A stretch of DNA of 64,000 nucleotides from an uncultured Microthrixaceae bacterium (GCA_964635055.1 CAZWMT010000002.1:130550-194549); one strand, 5' to 3'. Shown: positions 47,248-56,981, numbered from the stretch's first letter. Translations and numbers: made by a program. Notes: generated by a model not told the origin, from the letters alone.

Positions 47248-48282
47248 ATGGACGACGGGCGTGGAGACGGGAACCTACCGGACGACGGCGCGACGGTGGC
47301 GCGGACGGAGCTCGCCCACCTGCCGACGCCGCTCGCCCGCATGGATCGGCTGGCGGCGGCGCTGGGCCTGCCGGACGGGTCGTTGTGGATCAAGCACGAC
47401 GACCTCACCGGGGTGGCCGGTGGGGGCAACAAGGTGCGCAAGCTGGAGTACCTGGCCGCCGCCGCGCTGGCCACCGGCGCCGACACCCTGGTCACCGGCG
47501 GCGGCCGCCAGAGCAACCACGTGCGCCTCACGGCGGCGGTGGCGAACCGGTTGGGGCTCGCCGCCACCGTCGTGCTGGCCAGTGACCGGCCCGAGCGGCC
47601 CACCGGCAACGTGGTGCTCGACGAGCTGCTCGCACCCCACTTCGTGTGGGCCGGCGACCTCGACTACTACGGCCTCGAGGCCGCCATCGCCGAGGCCGCG
47701 GACGTCGTCGCCGCCGAGGGCCACCACCCGTACACCATCCCGGTCGGTGGCGCCTCGGCCACGGGTGCCCTGGGCTACGTCGCCGCGGCCGACGAGTTGA
47801 CCGCGCAGCTCGCGGCCCACGTCGGCGACGGCGGCGACGAGGCGCTGGTGGTGGTGGCCGACGGCTCCGGCGGCACGCACGCCGGTCTGGTAGCCGGTCT
47901 GGGCGCCCACCACCGGGTGCTCGGGGTCGACGTGGGCACCCGTCCCGATCTGGACGACGCGGTGCCCGCCATGGCCGCGGCCACGGCCGACCTGGCCGGC
48001 CGCCCGGCTCCCGTGGGGGCGGCGCGGCTCGACCACGACCGCATCGGCGACGGCTACGGAGCGCCCAGCGACGCCTGCCGCGAGGCACTCGACCTGATCG
48101 CTCGAGCCGAGGGGGTGCTGCTCGACCCCGTGTACACGGGCAAGGCGCTCGCCGGCCTGATCGCCGCGGTGCGCGACGGGCGCATCGACGGCTCGACGCC
48201 CACCGTGTTCCTCCACACCGGCGGCCTCCCCGCCCTCCTGACCCCCCGCTACGCCGACTGGGTGCGGGCTCGATCGACCTGA
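47248..48282 (+). CDS. PLP-dependent ACC deaminase / D-cysteine desulfhydrase family enzyme
   Basis: [64 protein letters not shown] 47248 has TACGGT 6 nt upstream. Confidence 0.9.
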   Translation: MDDGRGDGNLPDDGATVARTELAHLPTPLARMDRLAAALGLPDGSLWIKHDDLTGVAGGGNKVRKLEYLAAAALATGADTLVTGGGRQSNHVRLTAAVANRLGLAATVVLASDRPERPTGNVVLDELLAPHFVWAGDLDYYGLEAAIAEAADVVAAEGHHPYTIPVGGASATGALGYVAAADELTAQLAAHVGDGGDEALVVVADGSGGTHAGLVAGLGAHHRVLGVDVGTRPDLDDAVPAMAAATADLAGRPAPVGAARLDHDRIGDGYGAPSDACREALDLIARAEGVLLDPVYTGKALAGLIAAVRDGRIDGSTPTVFLHTGGLPALLTPRYADWVRARST

Positions 48283-48360
48283 GCTCACCCATCGGCCCAT
48301 CGGTCCATCGGCTGGCGCGATCCGGGCGCTGGTCGGGGACGGTGAGGCTGCGGAGCGGAG

Positions 48361-48482
48361 CGGAGCAGCGGCGCCGGCGAACCGGATGGCGAAGCCGCTC
48401 CGACGAAGGAGGAGCCAATGTGGTGTGCGGAGCAGCGGCGCCGGCGAACCGGATGGCGAAGCCGCTCCGACGAAGGAGGAGC
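48361..48482 (+). repeat. Hairpin repeat family C: two identical 55-bp copies, 67-bp period
   Basis: CGGAGCAGCGGCGCCGGCGAACCGGATGGCGAAGCCGCTCCGACGAAGGAGGAGC at 48361-48415 and 48428-48482. Confidence 0.9.
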
Positions 48483-48581
48483 AAGGTCATAGGCCGTTCG
48501 GCCCAGACGAGCTCCTCAAGGTCGCCGCTCAGCTGCCGACGAATGGGTGGAGAACGCCTCACCCTCCGAGGAGCGCAGCGG

Positions 48582-49445
48582 ATGTCCGACACTTCTGTGG
48601 CAGTCCCCATCGCCGACGAGCGAACCCGACGGATCTTCGGCGACCTCGCGTTCAGCTCGGCGAAGCGCGGCTTCGACCCGGCCGAGGTGACGGCGTTCCT
48701 GGTGAACGCCAGCGGCGCGGTCGAGCGCATGCTCACCCGCCTCAAGGACGCCGAGCAACGGGCCGAGTCGGCCGAGGCGCAACTGCTCGAGGCGCAGGCC
48801 CAGGCCGCGCCGGTCGCACTCGCCGTCCCGGCAGCTCCCACCGAGGACAACTCGGGGCTGCTCGAGCGCACCCTGGCCCTCGCCGAGAAGACCGCGGTCG
48901 CCGCGGTGTCCGACGCCCGGGCACGGGCGCAGGCGATCCTCACCCAGGCCCAGGAGCAGGCCCGCGAGTACTTCGCCACCGAGCGCGCCGCCATCGCGTC
49001 GGAGTGGGAGCGGGTGCAGCTCGAGGCGAGCCAGCTCGAGACGCTCCGACTGGCCGTCGCCGCCGAGACCGTGGCCCTGGAAGGCGTGCGGTCGCACCTG
49101 CGGGCCCGCATCGCCGCCGCCGCCACCGAGTTGGCGGGTATCGCCGACGATCCCGATCTGCTGAACTACGCGATCAGCCGCAAGCCCGGTGAGTCCGACC
49201 TGACCATCGCACCGGGCGCTCCGGCCACCGACGGCAGGGGTGCCATCGGGTCGGCGGCGGAGCCGTCGTTGCCGTCGGCGCCTCCCGTCGATGCCATCAA
49301 CGCCTCGTCGGTGAGCGCGCCCGAGAAGAGCTTCGGGGCAGGGTGGGCCCACGAGGAGGACGACGCCGCCGAGGAGGCGTTCGACCGCTTCTTCAGCGCC
49401 GACGTGGAGCCCGAGCCCACCCAGCAGTGGATCCTCGCCGGCTGA
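48582..49445 (+). CDS. DivIVA-domain coiled-coil protein
   Basis: FSSAKRGFDPAEVTAFL (DivIVA N-terminal motif), followed by a long Ala/Glu/Gln-rich coiled coil. Only the 3' part of ORF 47646..49445 is coding. Confidence 0.8.
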   Translation: MSDTSVAVPIADERTRRIFGDLAFSSAKRGFDPAEVTAFLVNASGAVERMLTRLKDAEQRAESAEAQLLEAQAQAAPVALAVPAAPTEDNSGLLERTLALAEKTAVAAVSDARARAQAILTQAQEQAREYFATERAAIASEWERVQLEASQLETLRLAVAAETVALEGVRSHLRARIAAAATELAGIADDPDLLNYAISRKPGESDLTIAPGAPATDGRGAIGSAAEPSLPSAPPVDAINASSVSAPEKSFGAGWAHEEDDAAEEAFDRFFSADVEPEPTQQWILAG

Positions 49446-49557
49446 GGGCTCGAGCGGCCTGACGTCGGCCGGTCTCTCCGGAGCGCCGTCGCCTGTCCGG
49501 TTTGGCACTGATCGGGCGGTGGGCCCCGTTGCCGTGGGGCCGGTTGCCGGAGCGGCA

Positions 49558-50448
49558 TCAGGCCAGGAGCAGATCGATGGTGGCCCGCACCTGACCCCAC
49601 GCCGGGCTCGCCGGTTGGAGCACCGTGAAGTGGTTGGCGTCGGCCTGCTCGGTGAGCGCGGCGTCGTCGCCGGCGGCCTGGGCCGCCGACACGTAGGAAC
49701 GGCTGTAGTCCAGCGGCACGACGTCATCGACGGTGCCATGGAACAGCCGCTGGGGCACGCCCAGGGGCAGCCGCTGTTGGGGTGACGCGACGGCATAGCG
49801 CTCGGGAACCTGATCGGGCATGCCGCCGAGGACGGCGGCGCAGCTGCCGTCGACCAGGCCCTCCGTGGCGCACCGCGCCAGGTCGGCGACGGGGGCCAGG
49901 GCCACGACGGCCCGCGGCGTGGAACGCGGTGCGCGAACGGGGGAGCCAGGGGTCAGGCCGTCGCCGGCTCCGGCCCACAGGGCCAGCTGGCCACCGGCGG
50001 AGTGCCCCACGAGCACCAGCCGGTCGGGGTCGACCTGCACCTCGTCGGCGCGGCCCACCAGGTCGTCGATGGCGGCGGCCACATCGGTGAACGTGCCGGG
50101 CCAGCCGCCGCCGCGCTGGCCGAGGCGGCGGTACTCGATGTTCCAGACGGCGACGCCGTGATCGGCGAGGTCGCGGGCCACGTCGTGCATGAACGTGCAG
50201 TCGGTGCTCTCGCTCCAGGACCCACCGTGGATCATCACCACCACCGGCCACGGGGACGGGCCTGATGGGCGCCACAGCTCCGAGAACTGCGACGGGTGGC
50301 TCCCGTAGGCGATGCGCTCGGGCCCGTCGTCGTCGAACAGCCCGCACGAGGCGGCGACGCCGACCACGCCGAGGGCCATCCCTCCGACCAGCAGCCGGCG
50401 CCGGGTGAACCCGCCCGGGGGACCCACTGGATTCCCGTCGTCACCCAT
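49558..50448 (-). CDS. Secreted alpha/beta hydrolase (esterase/lipase-like), Tat-type signal
   Basis: FTRRRLLVGGMALGVVGVAASC. Oxyanion motif VVVMIHGGSW. Nucleophile elbow GHSAGG. Start is ATG 50448 (alternative 50547). Confidence 0.82.
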   Translation of the reverse strand: MGDDGNPVGPPGGFTRRRLLVGGMALGVVGVAASCGLFDDDGPERIAYGSHPSQFSELWRPSGPSPWPVVVMIHGGSWSESTDCTFMHDVARDLADHGVAVWNIEYRRLGQRGGGWPGTFTDVAAAIDDLVGRADEVQVDPDRLVLVGHSAGGQLALWAGAGDGLTPGSPVRAPRSTPRAVVALAPVADLARCATEGLVDGSCAAVLGGMPDQVPERYAVASPQQRLPLGVPQRLFHGTVDDVVPLDYSRSYVSAAQAAGDDAALTEQADANHFTVLQPASPAWGQVRATIDLLLA

Positions 50449-50589
50449 CGCTGCGACCGTACCGTCGGCGCGAGAACGGGTGCGGGCGGGGGCGTCGGTG
50501 GCACTGGCGCGGCCGCCTTCGGGGACCGTCACGTTACGATCTCCCACCTACCGTGGCCCGCTTCGCCGAGCTGCGTACCGAGGACAACG

Positions 50590-52326
50590 ATGGGCGAGCA
50601 GCCACCAGGGCCACGAAGGCCCCCAGCCTCCACGCGGGCGCGGCCGTCCGGTGAGGGCGCGCGCCCGGCCGGCGACCGCGCTCGACCGCAGGTCGTCGTC
50701 GCTCTGGCGGTGGTCACGGTGCTCATCCTCGGCTTCCTGGTGTTCCGGTCGGTGTCGTCGTCGGGAGGGCCTACCCACCTGGCCGAGGCCGATGCCTACC
50801 TGGCCGCGTGGACCGCCGGCGACCTCGAGACCATGGCGGCGGCCACGGCCGACCCGCCACCGGGGTTCGCGCTGGCCCACCAACAGATGCAGTCCGCGTT
50901 GCAGGTGCGCGACGCCGTGTACGAGCCCGGTGCCGCCGAGATCACCGACGACCGCGCCACCGTGGCCTTCACCGCCGAGCTGACCCTGGCGGGCCTCGGC
51001 ATGTGGCACTACGACAACACGCTCGACATGGTTCGGCGAGACGGCACCTGGCTGGTCGACTGGTCGCTGGCCACGCTCTACCCGGGCATGGTGGAGGGCC
51101 AGCACTTCGCCCGCACCCGTACCGCCCCGGTTCGGGCCCCGGTGGTGGACCGCAACGGCGCGCCGCTGGCCGAGGGTACGGCACCGCTCATCGTGGGCAC
51201 CACGGCGCCGGCCACCCCCGAGCAGGCCGCCGCCCTCGGTCCCCTCGTCGAGGCAGGTGACACCGTCGGCACCCAGGGCCTGCAGGCCCGCTTCAACGAC
51301 GTGTTGTCGGGAGAACCGTCGGGGCAGGTGCAGCTGGTGGGGGCGTCGGGCGTCCCCGAGGTGATCCATGTGTTCGAGGGCGCTCCGGGCGACCCCCTCG
51401 TCACCTCCTTCGACCCGGTCATCCAGGCCGCGGCCGAGAACGCCATCGCCGTCGCGTCGGGCCCCGCCGCCTTCGTGGCGATCCAGCCCGGCACCGGCGA
51501 GATCCTGGCCGTGGCCCAGAACCCCGACGACGGCCTCAACCGTCCGATCAGCGGGGCGTACCCACCCGGGTCGACGTTCAAGATCGTCACCACCAACGCC
51601 CTGCTCGGGGTGGGGGTCGACCCCGACGTGGCGGTGGCCTGCCCTGCCACCGCCAACGGCTTCGGCAACTACGCCGGGGAGGCGTTCGGCACCATCCCGT
51701 TCCGTGAGGCGTTCTACCGATCGTGCAACACGTCGTTCATCATCCAGGCGGGGCTGCTGCCCGACGGCTCGCTCGAGGCCTCGGCCGACCAGTTCGGCTT
51801 CAACACGCCCTACGACATCGGCATCGACTCGGTGGGCGGCAGTTTCCCGGCCCCTGACGGCCAAGCCGACCTGCTGGCCGCCGCCATCGGCCAGGGACGG
51901 GTCACGGCCAGCCCGCTGCACATGGCGTCGGTGGCCGCGGCCGTGAAGGACGGCTCCTGGCGGGCGCCCACCCTGATCCACGGCGACCAGGCCCCCGAAC
52001 GTCCCGAGCCCATCCCGCTGGACGAGGGCATCGACGACACCATCCGGGAGTTGATGCACGAGGTGGTCACCCTGGGCACCGGCACCAACGCCGCGGTTCA
52101 GGGGCGCGACGTGGCCGGCAAGACCGGCACCGCCGAGTTCGGGGCCGAGGACCCGCCCGAGACCCACGCCTGGTTCGTGGGGTTCGACGAGGACGTGGCC
52201 TTCGCCTGCCTGGTGGAGGGTGGTGGCAGCGGGGGCTCGGCCGCGGCGCCCCTCGCCGCCCGTTTCGTGGCCGCCACCCCGGCACCGCCGCCGCCCACCA
52301 CGACCACCACCGCCAGCGACGGCTGA
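50590..52326 (+). CDS. Class B penicillin-binding protein (NTF2/MecA_N-like N-domain + transpeptidase)
   Basis: TM: VVVALAVVTVLILGFLVF. N-domain: AYLAAWTAGDLETMAA... Transpeptidase: GSTFKIVT (SxxK), SCN, KTGTAE. Confidence 0.9.
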   Translation: MGEQPPGPRRPPASTRARPSGEGARPAGDRARPQVVVALAVVTVLILGFLVFRSVSSSGGPTHLAEADAYLAAWTAGDLETMAAATADPPPGFALAHQQMQSALQVRDAVYEPGAAEITDDRATVAFTAELTLAGLGMWHYDNTLDMVRRDGTWLVDWSLATLYPGMVEGQHFARTRTAPVRAPVVDRNGAPLAEGTAPLIVGTTAPATPEQAAALGPLVEAGDTVGTQGLQARFNDVLSGEPSGQVQLVGASGVPEVIHVFEGAPGDPLVTSFDPVIQAAAENAIAVASGPAAFVAIQPGTGEILAVAQNPDDGLNRPISGAYPPGSTFKIVTTNALLGVGVDPDVAVACPATANGFGNYAGEAFGTIPFREAFYRSCNTSFIIQAGLLPDGSLEASADQFGFNTPYDIGIDSVGGSFPAPDGQADLLAAAIGQGRVTASPLHMASVAAAVKDGSWRAPTLIHGDQAPERPEPIPLDEGIDDTIRELMHEVVTLGTGTNAAVQGRDVAGKTGTAEFGAEDPPETHAWFVGFDEDVAFACLVEGGGSGGSAAAPLAARFVAATPAPPPPTTTTTASDG

Positions 52327-52419
52327 GCCGGTGAGTGCCAGCCGCCGGCCGATCCCCGCACCGCGCGGTCGCGCGGGCGAGAATCGGGGCGTGCGCCGTC
52401 TCACGACCAGACTCCGCTG

Positions 52420-52803
52420 ATGGCTGCCGCCCCGTGTGTCCCGTGGTGCCATCTCGGAGACGCCGTCCGCGCGGGGGACGACGGGGCCGGGCAACAGGGC
52501 TTGCGCATCTCGCCCCAGGTCAGCTGCGGCGGGGGGTGCCAACCGGCGTTCACCGTGGCGTGGCTGTGCCTGGGGGCCGACAACGTCGACTGGAAGTCGG
52601 GGTTCGCCGGCAACACCTACCAGCCACTGCGGATCATCGATCCCGACCAGGCCGCCCAGGTCCAGGTGACGGCCACGGTGACGGTGTCGTGTGCGCCGGA
52701 CGGCTCGGCGGCCCAGTGCTCGACCACCTGGCTCGTGGCCTGGGCCCCGGGCGCGCTGTTGCACTCCATCACCGAGCTCGACAGCACCTGTCCCGGGTCC
52801 TGA
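52420..52803 (+). CDS. Cys-rich hypothetical protein (127 aa)
   Basis: It is the only ORF in this gap with high GC3 that does not overlap a recognised gene. It has 9 Cys, no signal peptide and no recognisable family. Confidence 0.35.
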   Translation: MAAAPCVPWCHLGDAVRAGDDGAGQQGLRISPQVSCGGGCQPAFTVAWLCLGADNVDWKSGFAGNTYQPLRIIDPDQAAQVQVTATVTVSCAPDGSAAQCSTTWLVAWAPGALLHSITELDSTCPGS

Positions 52804-52862
52804 GCCCCCGTCGGCTCTTCGGCTGACGCCGTGTCGTCGGTCGGAGTGCTACAAGAGGAGCG

Positions 52863-53414
52863 ATGCACGAGACCCCCGACGAGCTGGCCCGCCTGAAGGC
52901 GGTGCTGGACGACAGCTACGCCCACGCCGGCGCCCATCTGGAGCGGGTGCACACGCCCGACCGCCGCCTCGACGCCGCCCAGGTGGTGGAGCGATTGGCG
53001 GGCATGTGCCTCCTCACGCTGGCCACCACCACCGCCGACGGTCGGCCGCTGGCGGGCCCGGTGGACGGGTTCTTCTACCGTGGCCGCTTCTGGTTCGGGT
53101 CCTCGCCCGACTCGGTGCGCTTCACCCACTTGCGGTCCCGGCCGTCGGTGAGCGCCTGCTTCCTGCCGGGCGAGCACCTGTGCGTCACGGTGCACGGTGA
53201 GGCCCACGAGGTGCCCGCGGACGACCCCGAGGTGCCCGGGTACCGCGACTACGTGCTGGGCCACTACGGCCCGGGCTGGTGGGACAACTGGGAATGGGGC
53301 GTCACCGCGTCCTACGCGCGCATCACCCCCCGCCGCATGTTCACCTTCCACATGGATCCCGACGAGGCCGGGGCCGGAGGCGGGGAGTCCGGGCCCGACG
53401 AGTCGGCCGGCTGA
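52863..53414 (+). CDS. Pyridoxamine 5'-phosphate oxidase family protein
   Basis: CLLTLATTTADGRPLAGPVDGFFYRGRFWFGSSPDSVRFTHLRSRPSVSA is the PPOX split-barrel pattern. Confidence 0.8.
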   Translation: MHETPDELARLKAVLDDSYAHAGAHLERVHTPDRRLDAAQVVERLAGMCLLTLATTTADGRPLAGPVDGFFYRGRFWFGSSPDSVRFTHLRSRPSVSACFLPGEHLCVTVHGEAHEVPADDPEVPGYRDYVLGHYGPGWWDNWEWGVTASYARITPRRMFTFHMDPDEAGAGGGESGPDESAG

Positions 53415-53420
53415 GCCCGC

Positions 53421-53705
53421 TCAGTCCGACGGGCGGTCGCGCAGGCCGTCGTTGAACGATCGGTACAGGTCGTAGACGTCCTTGCACGCCTGGCACAGCG
53501 GCAGGCTGCGGGGGTCGCGGGACGGCACCCACACGAACCCGCACAGGGCCTCGATGGGCGTGCCGTTGATCCGGGCCTCGAGCACCTTGGCCTGGGCGTC
53601 CTCGCCCGGCTCGACCTTCACGATGTGGGCCACGACGGGGGGTCCCTCGTCGAGCTCGGGGTCCGACGGCCGGACCGTGATGACCGGGGTGGTCTGGGTG
53701 GACAT
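53421..53705 (-). CDS. DUF3039 domain protein
   Basis: AHIVKVEPGEDAQAKVLEARINGTPIEALCGFVWVPSRDPRSLPLCQACKDVY matches the DUF3039 pattern. ATG 53705 (MSTQTT) is preferred over 53831. Confidence 0.82.
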   Translation of the reverse strand: MSTQTTPVITVRPSDPELDEGPPVVAHIVKVEPGEDAQAKVLEARINGTPIEALCGFVWVPSRDPRSLPLCQACKDVYDLYRSFNDGLRDRPSD

Positions 53706-53904
53706 CAGCCCGGAGCGTACCTGGCCGATCTCGGCCACCTGGGCGAGACTCCGGGCGTGAGCTGGCGCGACCTCGACGGCGAGGCCGGCGACGGCGACCT
53801 CGACGGCCCCCTCGAGCGCCGCCGGCTGCACCCGGCGGTCGTGGTCGTGGCCTGGCTGGTGGTGTGGCGATGCTGGGCTCGGTCCTGGCGGCCTTCACCG
53901 TCCT

Positions 53905-53936
53905 GACCTTCGGCTGAGGAGCCTCAGCCGAAGGTC
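53905..53936 (-). terminator. Hairpin overlapping the last codons and stop of the RTX-like gene
   Basis: GACCTTCGGCTGA pairs with TCAGCCGAAGGTC (13-bp arms, 6-nt loop). It spans the stop of gene 53924..55303. Confidence 0.5.
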
Positions 53937-55303
53937 TCGCAGTTCTCGCTGAACGGTGGCTCTGGCTTGGCCCCGAGGCAGGTGTCGTTGCCGAGGCCGC
54001 CGGAGATGTAGTCTCCGTCGTTCTCGCCGGTCGGCCCGCCGGCGTCGAGGTAGTCGTCGCCGAAGGGGCCCGCGGGTGCCACGGCATCGTTGTCGCCCAC
54101 GAGGTTGTCGACCCCGGCCAGGCCGAAGATCAGGTCGTTGCCGCCGTCGCCCACGAAGAAGTCCTGCCCGTCGCCGCCGATCAGGACGTTGGGGCCGCCG
54201 TCGCCGTCCAGGTGGTTCTGGCCGTGCTTGACGCCTCGGATGCTCTCGACGCCGGAGAACTCGTCGTGGCCGACCCCGTCCGCTCCGGGTGGGGTCCCGA
54301 TGAATCCCGGCAGGAGAAAGGCCTCGAACGTGTTGCGCCCGTCGTGGGGGATGATCGTGTCGCCCTGGTAGGAGACCAGGTCGCCGTGGGCGCCGCTGCT
54401 GGTGACGGGGGTGTTGGCCCCGCCGTCGACGAAGTCGTCGCCTGGCCCGGGGAACAGGGTGTCGTCGCCACCACCACCCTCGAGCACGTCGTTGCCCTGC
54501 TTGCCCTTGATGACGTCATCGCCGCCGCCGCCGAGCAGATGGTTGTTGATGTCGCCGTCGCCGAGCAACCGGTCATCGAACCGGGTGCCGATCGCGGTCT
54601 CGAACCGCTCGATCCGGTCCTCGGTGGTGCCCACGGTGGCTTCTTCGGTCGCCAGGTCCACGTGCACCGCCGCGTTCGACGCCGCATAGGTGACCGTGTC
54701 GTTGCCGCCGCTGCCGTCGAGCACGTCGATGCCCCCGCGGCCGTCGATGGTGTCGTTGCCGGCCTTTCCGACGAGGTTCTCGCGGGCGGCCCCGCCGATG
54801 AGACGGTCGTCGTGGAGGCTGCCGAGCACGATCTCGACGCCCAGGATCCCGCCGTTGAGCCCGGCGCCGGCCATGTGGACGACGCCGGTGCTCTGGTTGA
54901 CCTCCACGCCCGCGGGCAGGGTTTCGTAGTGCGCGGCGTCGAGGTCTCTGCTGCCGCCGGTGATGAGGTCCTGACCGAGGTCGGCGCCCACGAAGTCGTC
55001 GCTGCCGTCCTGGCCGAACAGCTCGTCTCGAGCCGCCCCGCCGTCGACGGTGTCGGGCCCGCCCCCGCCGCACACGAAGTCCTCGCCGCCGAAGGCGTTG
55101 ATGGTCTCGCCGGTCGGCCCGCCCTGGATCACGTCCGGCCCGCCGGTCCCGTTGATCGTGTTCCCCACGCCTGGGTCCTGCCACGAGATGGTCACCGCGC
55201 GACCGGCGCAGGTGCCGCCCGCCTCGGCTTGGGCACTCGCCGGCACGGTGACGATCACCACCAAGGCGGTCGCGATCAGCACCCGGCTCGACACCCGTCT
55301 CAT
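53924..55303 (-). CDS. Secreted calcium-binding RTX-like repeat protein, paralogue 1 (459 aa)
   Basis: Sec signal: MRRVSSRVLIATALVVIVTVPASAQA. Many GGxGxD nonapeptide-type repeats (GGGGDDVIKGKQGNDVLEGGGGDDTL). Conserved Cys near both termini. Ends in NCETFG. Confidence 0.88.
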   Translation of the reverse strand: MRRVSSRVLIATALVVIVTVPASAQAEAGGTCAGRAVTISWQDPGVGNTINGTGGPDVIQGGPTGETINAFGGEDFVCGGGGPDTVDGGAARDELFGQDGSDDFVGADLGQDLITGGSRDLDAAHYETLPAGVEVNQSTGVVHMAGAGLNGGILGVEIVLGSLHDDRLIGGAARENLVGKAGNDTIDGRGGIDVLDGSGGNDTVTYAASNAAVHVDLATEEATVGTTEDRIERFETAIGTRFDDRLLGDGDINNHLLGGGGDDVIKGKQGNDVLEGGGGDDTLFPGPGDDFVDGGANTPVTSSGAHGDLVSYQGDTIIPHDGRNTFEAFLLPGFIGTPPGADGVGHDEFSGVESIRGVKHGQNHLDGDGGPNVLIGGDGQDFFVGDGGNDLIFGLAGVDNLVGDNDAVAPAGPFGDDYLDAGGPTGENDGDYISGGLGNDTCLGAKPEPPFSENCETFG

Positions 55304-55472
55304 CCGTGCACGGTGGCACCAACAGGCGGCCGACGCAAGGGTCGCGCCCGAGCAGCGGCGCCAGCAGTCGGGGTCGTTGTGGGCCTGGATCAGCCTGATC
55401 GGACGATGGCGATGGCGATGCCCGATCGGCCCGTTCTGCGATCGGCGGGGCGCCGGGATGTCGCCGGCCGCC

Positions 55473-56864
55473 TCAGAAGACCGTCTCGCACTCCGTCAGG
55501 TGGTCGCCGTCGTCGACCGCCCCCGTGCAGGTGTCGTCGCCGCCGTTGCCGTGCACCGAGTCGCCGTCGCCGCCGCCGTGCCCGTCGGGCGGGCCACCGG
55601 TGGGCGCGCCGCCGTCGAGGTAGTCGTCGCCGAAGATGGCGTCGTTGCTGTGGGCGGCGTAGTCGCCGTTGAGGATGTCGACGCCGCCCAGGCCGTACAC
55701 CAGGTCGTTGCCGCCCCGCGCGTTCAGGAAGTCCTGGCCGTCGCCGCCGATGATCACGTTCGGTCCGTCGTTGCCCTGGACGTGGGTCTTCCCGTTCTTC
55801 ACCCCGCGGGCGCTCTCGATGCCGACGAGCTCGTCCTCGCCGATCCCCGAGGCGTAGGGCGGGCTGCTCGGAGAGAAGGCGTACAAGCCGATGTCGAGGA
55901 AGGTCACGCCGGGAGGCAGGGTGTCACCCTGGTACGAGACGAGGTCGCCGTGCTCCCCGCTGCTGGTGACGGGGTCGTTGGCGCCGCCGTCGACGACGTC
56001 GTCGCCGGGACCCGGGAAGATCGTGTCGTCGCCGCCGCCACCCTCGAGGATGTCGTCACCCGCTTTGCCCTTGAGGACGTCGTCCCCGTTGTCGCCGATG
56101 AAGTGGTCGTTGCCCTCGTCGCTCACGAACCGGTCGTCGAACCGGCTCCCCTCGATGACCTCGAACCCGCCGACCACGTCGACGTCGTCCCCGACGGTCA
56201 CGGCGTTGAGCGCCACGTTGGCGTTGATGCCGCTCGCGGCGTTGGCGTAACTCAGCCGGTCGATGGCTGGGCCGCCGGTGAGGACGTCGTCGCCTCCTCG
56301 ACCATCGACGAAGTCAGCGCCGCCCTCCGCGTTGAGGTGGTTGCGCCCTGGTCCGCCGATCAATCGGTCGTCGAACGTTGTTCCGTCGACAGCCTCGATC
56401 CCCAGGACCCCGCCGTTCGCGACGGCACCGGTGGCGTGGACCACGTGGGTGGTCATGTTCACCTCCACCGCCGCGGTCGACTGGCCGTAATCGGCCGTGT
56501 CGAAATCCCCCGTCCCACCCGTGAGGACATCCTGACCCAGGTCGACACCCCTGAAGGTGTCGCTGCCATCCTGGCCGATCAACTCGTCGCGGCCGGCACC
56601 CCCGTTGATGATGTCGCCACCGCTCCCCCCACACACCACGTCCTCGCCGCCGCCGGCGTTGATCCTCTCCGTCGACGGGCCGCCCTGGATCACGTCGGGC
56701 CCGCTGGTGCCGGTGATGGTGGTGCCCACGCCAGGATCGTCGAACGAGATGGTCACGGCGTGGCCGGCGCAGGTCGCGGCGGCCTCGCTCTGGGCCCCGG
56801 ACGCGACCGCTCCGGTGACGGACAGCAAGGAGAAGCCGAGGACCCCGATCACGACCCGCTGCAC
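55473..56864 (-). CDS. Secreted calcium-binding RTX-like repeat protein, paralogue 2 (463 aa)
   Basis: Sec signal: MQRVVIGVLGFSLLSVTGAVASGAQS. Colinear with paralogue 1 (TCAGHAVTISFDDPGVGTTITGTSGPDVIQGGP..). Ends in TECETVF. Confidence 0.88.
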   Translation of the reverse strand: MQRVVIGVLGFSLLSVTGAVASGAQSEAAATCAGHAVTISFDDPGVGTTITGTSGPDVIQGGPSTERINAGGGEDVVCGGSGGDIINGGAGRDELIGQDGSDTFRGVDLGQDVLTGGTGDFDTADYGQSTAAVEVNMTTHVVHATGAVANGGVLGIEAVDGTTFDDRLIGGPGRNHLNAEGGADFVDGRGGDDVLTGGPAIDRLSYANAASGINANVALNAVTVGDDVDVVGGFEVIEGSRFDDRFVSDEGNDHFIGDNGDDVLKGKAGDDILEGGGGDDTIFPGPGDDVVDGGANDPVTSSGEHGDLVSYQGDTLPPGVTFLDIGLYAFSPSSPPYASGIGEDELVGIESARGVKNGKTHVQGNDGPNVIIGGDGQDFLNARGGNDLVYGLGGVDILNGDYAAHSNDAIFGDDYLDGGAPTGGPPDGHGGGDGDSVHGNGGDDTCTGAVDDGDHLTECETVF

Positions 56865-56927
56865 GGCGCAATGATCTCACCTGGGGCCCGGATCCTCAAT
56901 GGGATCCGCAGGCCGTGGCGCCGGCGG

Positions 56928-56981
56928 TCAGGGGACGATGGTCTCGCAGTCGGTGGAGAAGAGGGGGTCCGCCGCATCGAG
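56928..56981 (-). pseudogene. Relic of the 3' end of a third RTX-like paralogue (17 codons + stop)
   Basis: The minus strand reads LDAADPLFSTDCETIVP*, closed upstream by an in-frame TGA (56982-56984). Compare ..PPFSENCETFG* and ..DHLTECETVF* at the ends of the two intact genes. Confidence 0.55.

Noticed and set aside
53924-56864. Interpreting the RTX-like proteins as type I-secreted toxins or haemolysins.
   Set aside because: Both have N-terminal Sec signal peptides and Cys-containing C-termini rather than a T1SS C-terminal signal. No ABC transporter, MFP or acyltransferase genes are adjacent. There is no pore-forming hydrophobic domain.
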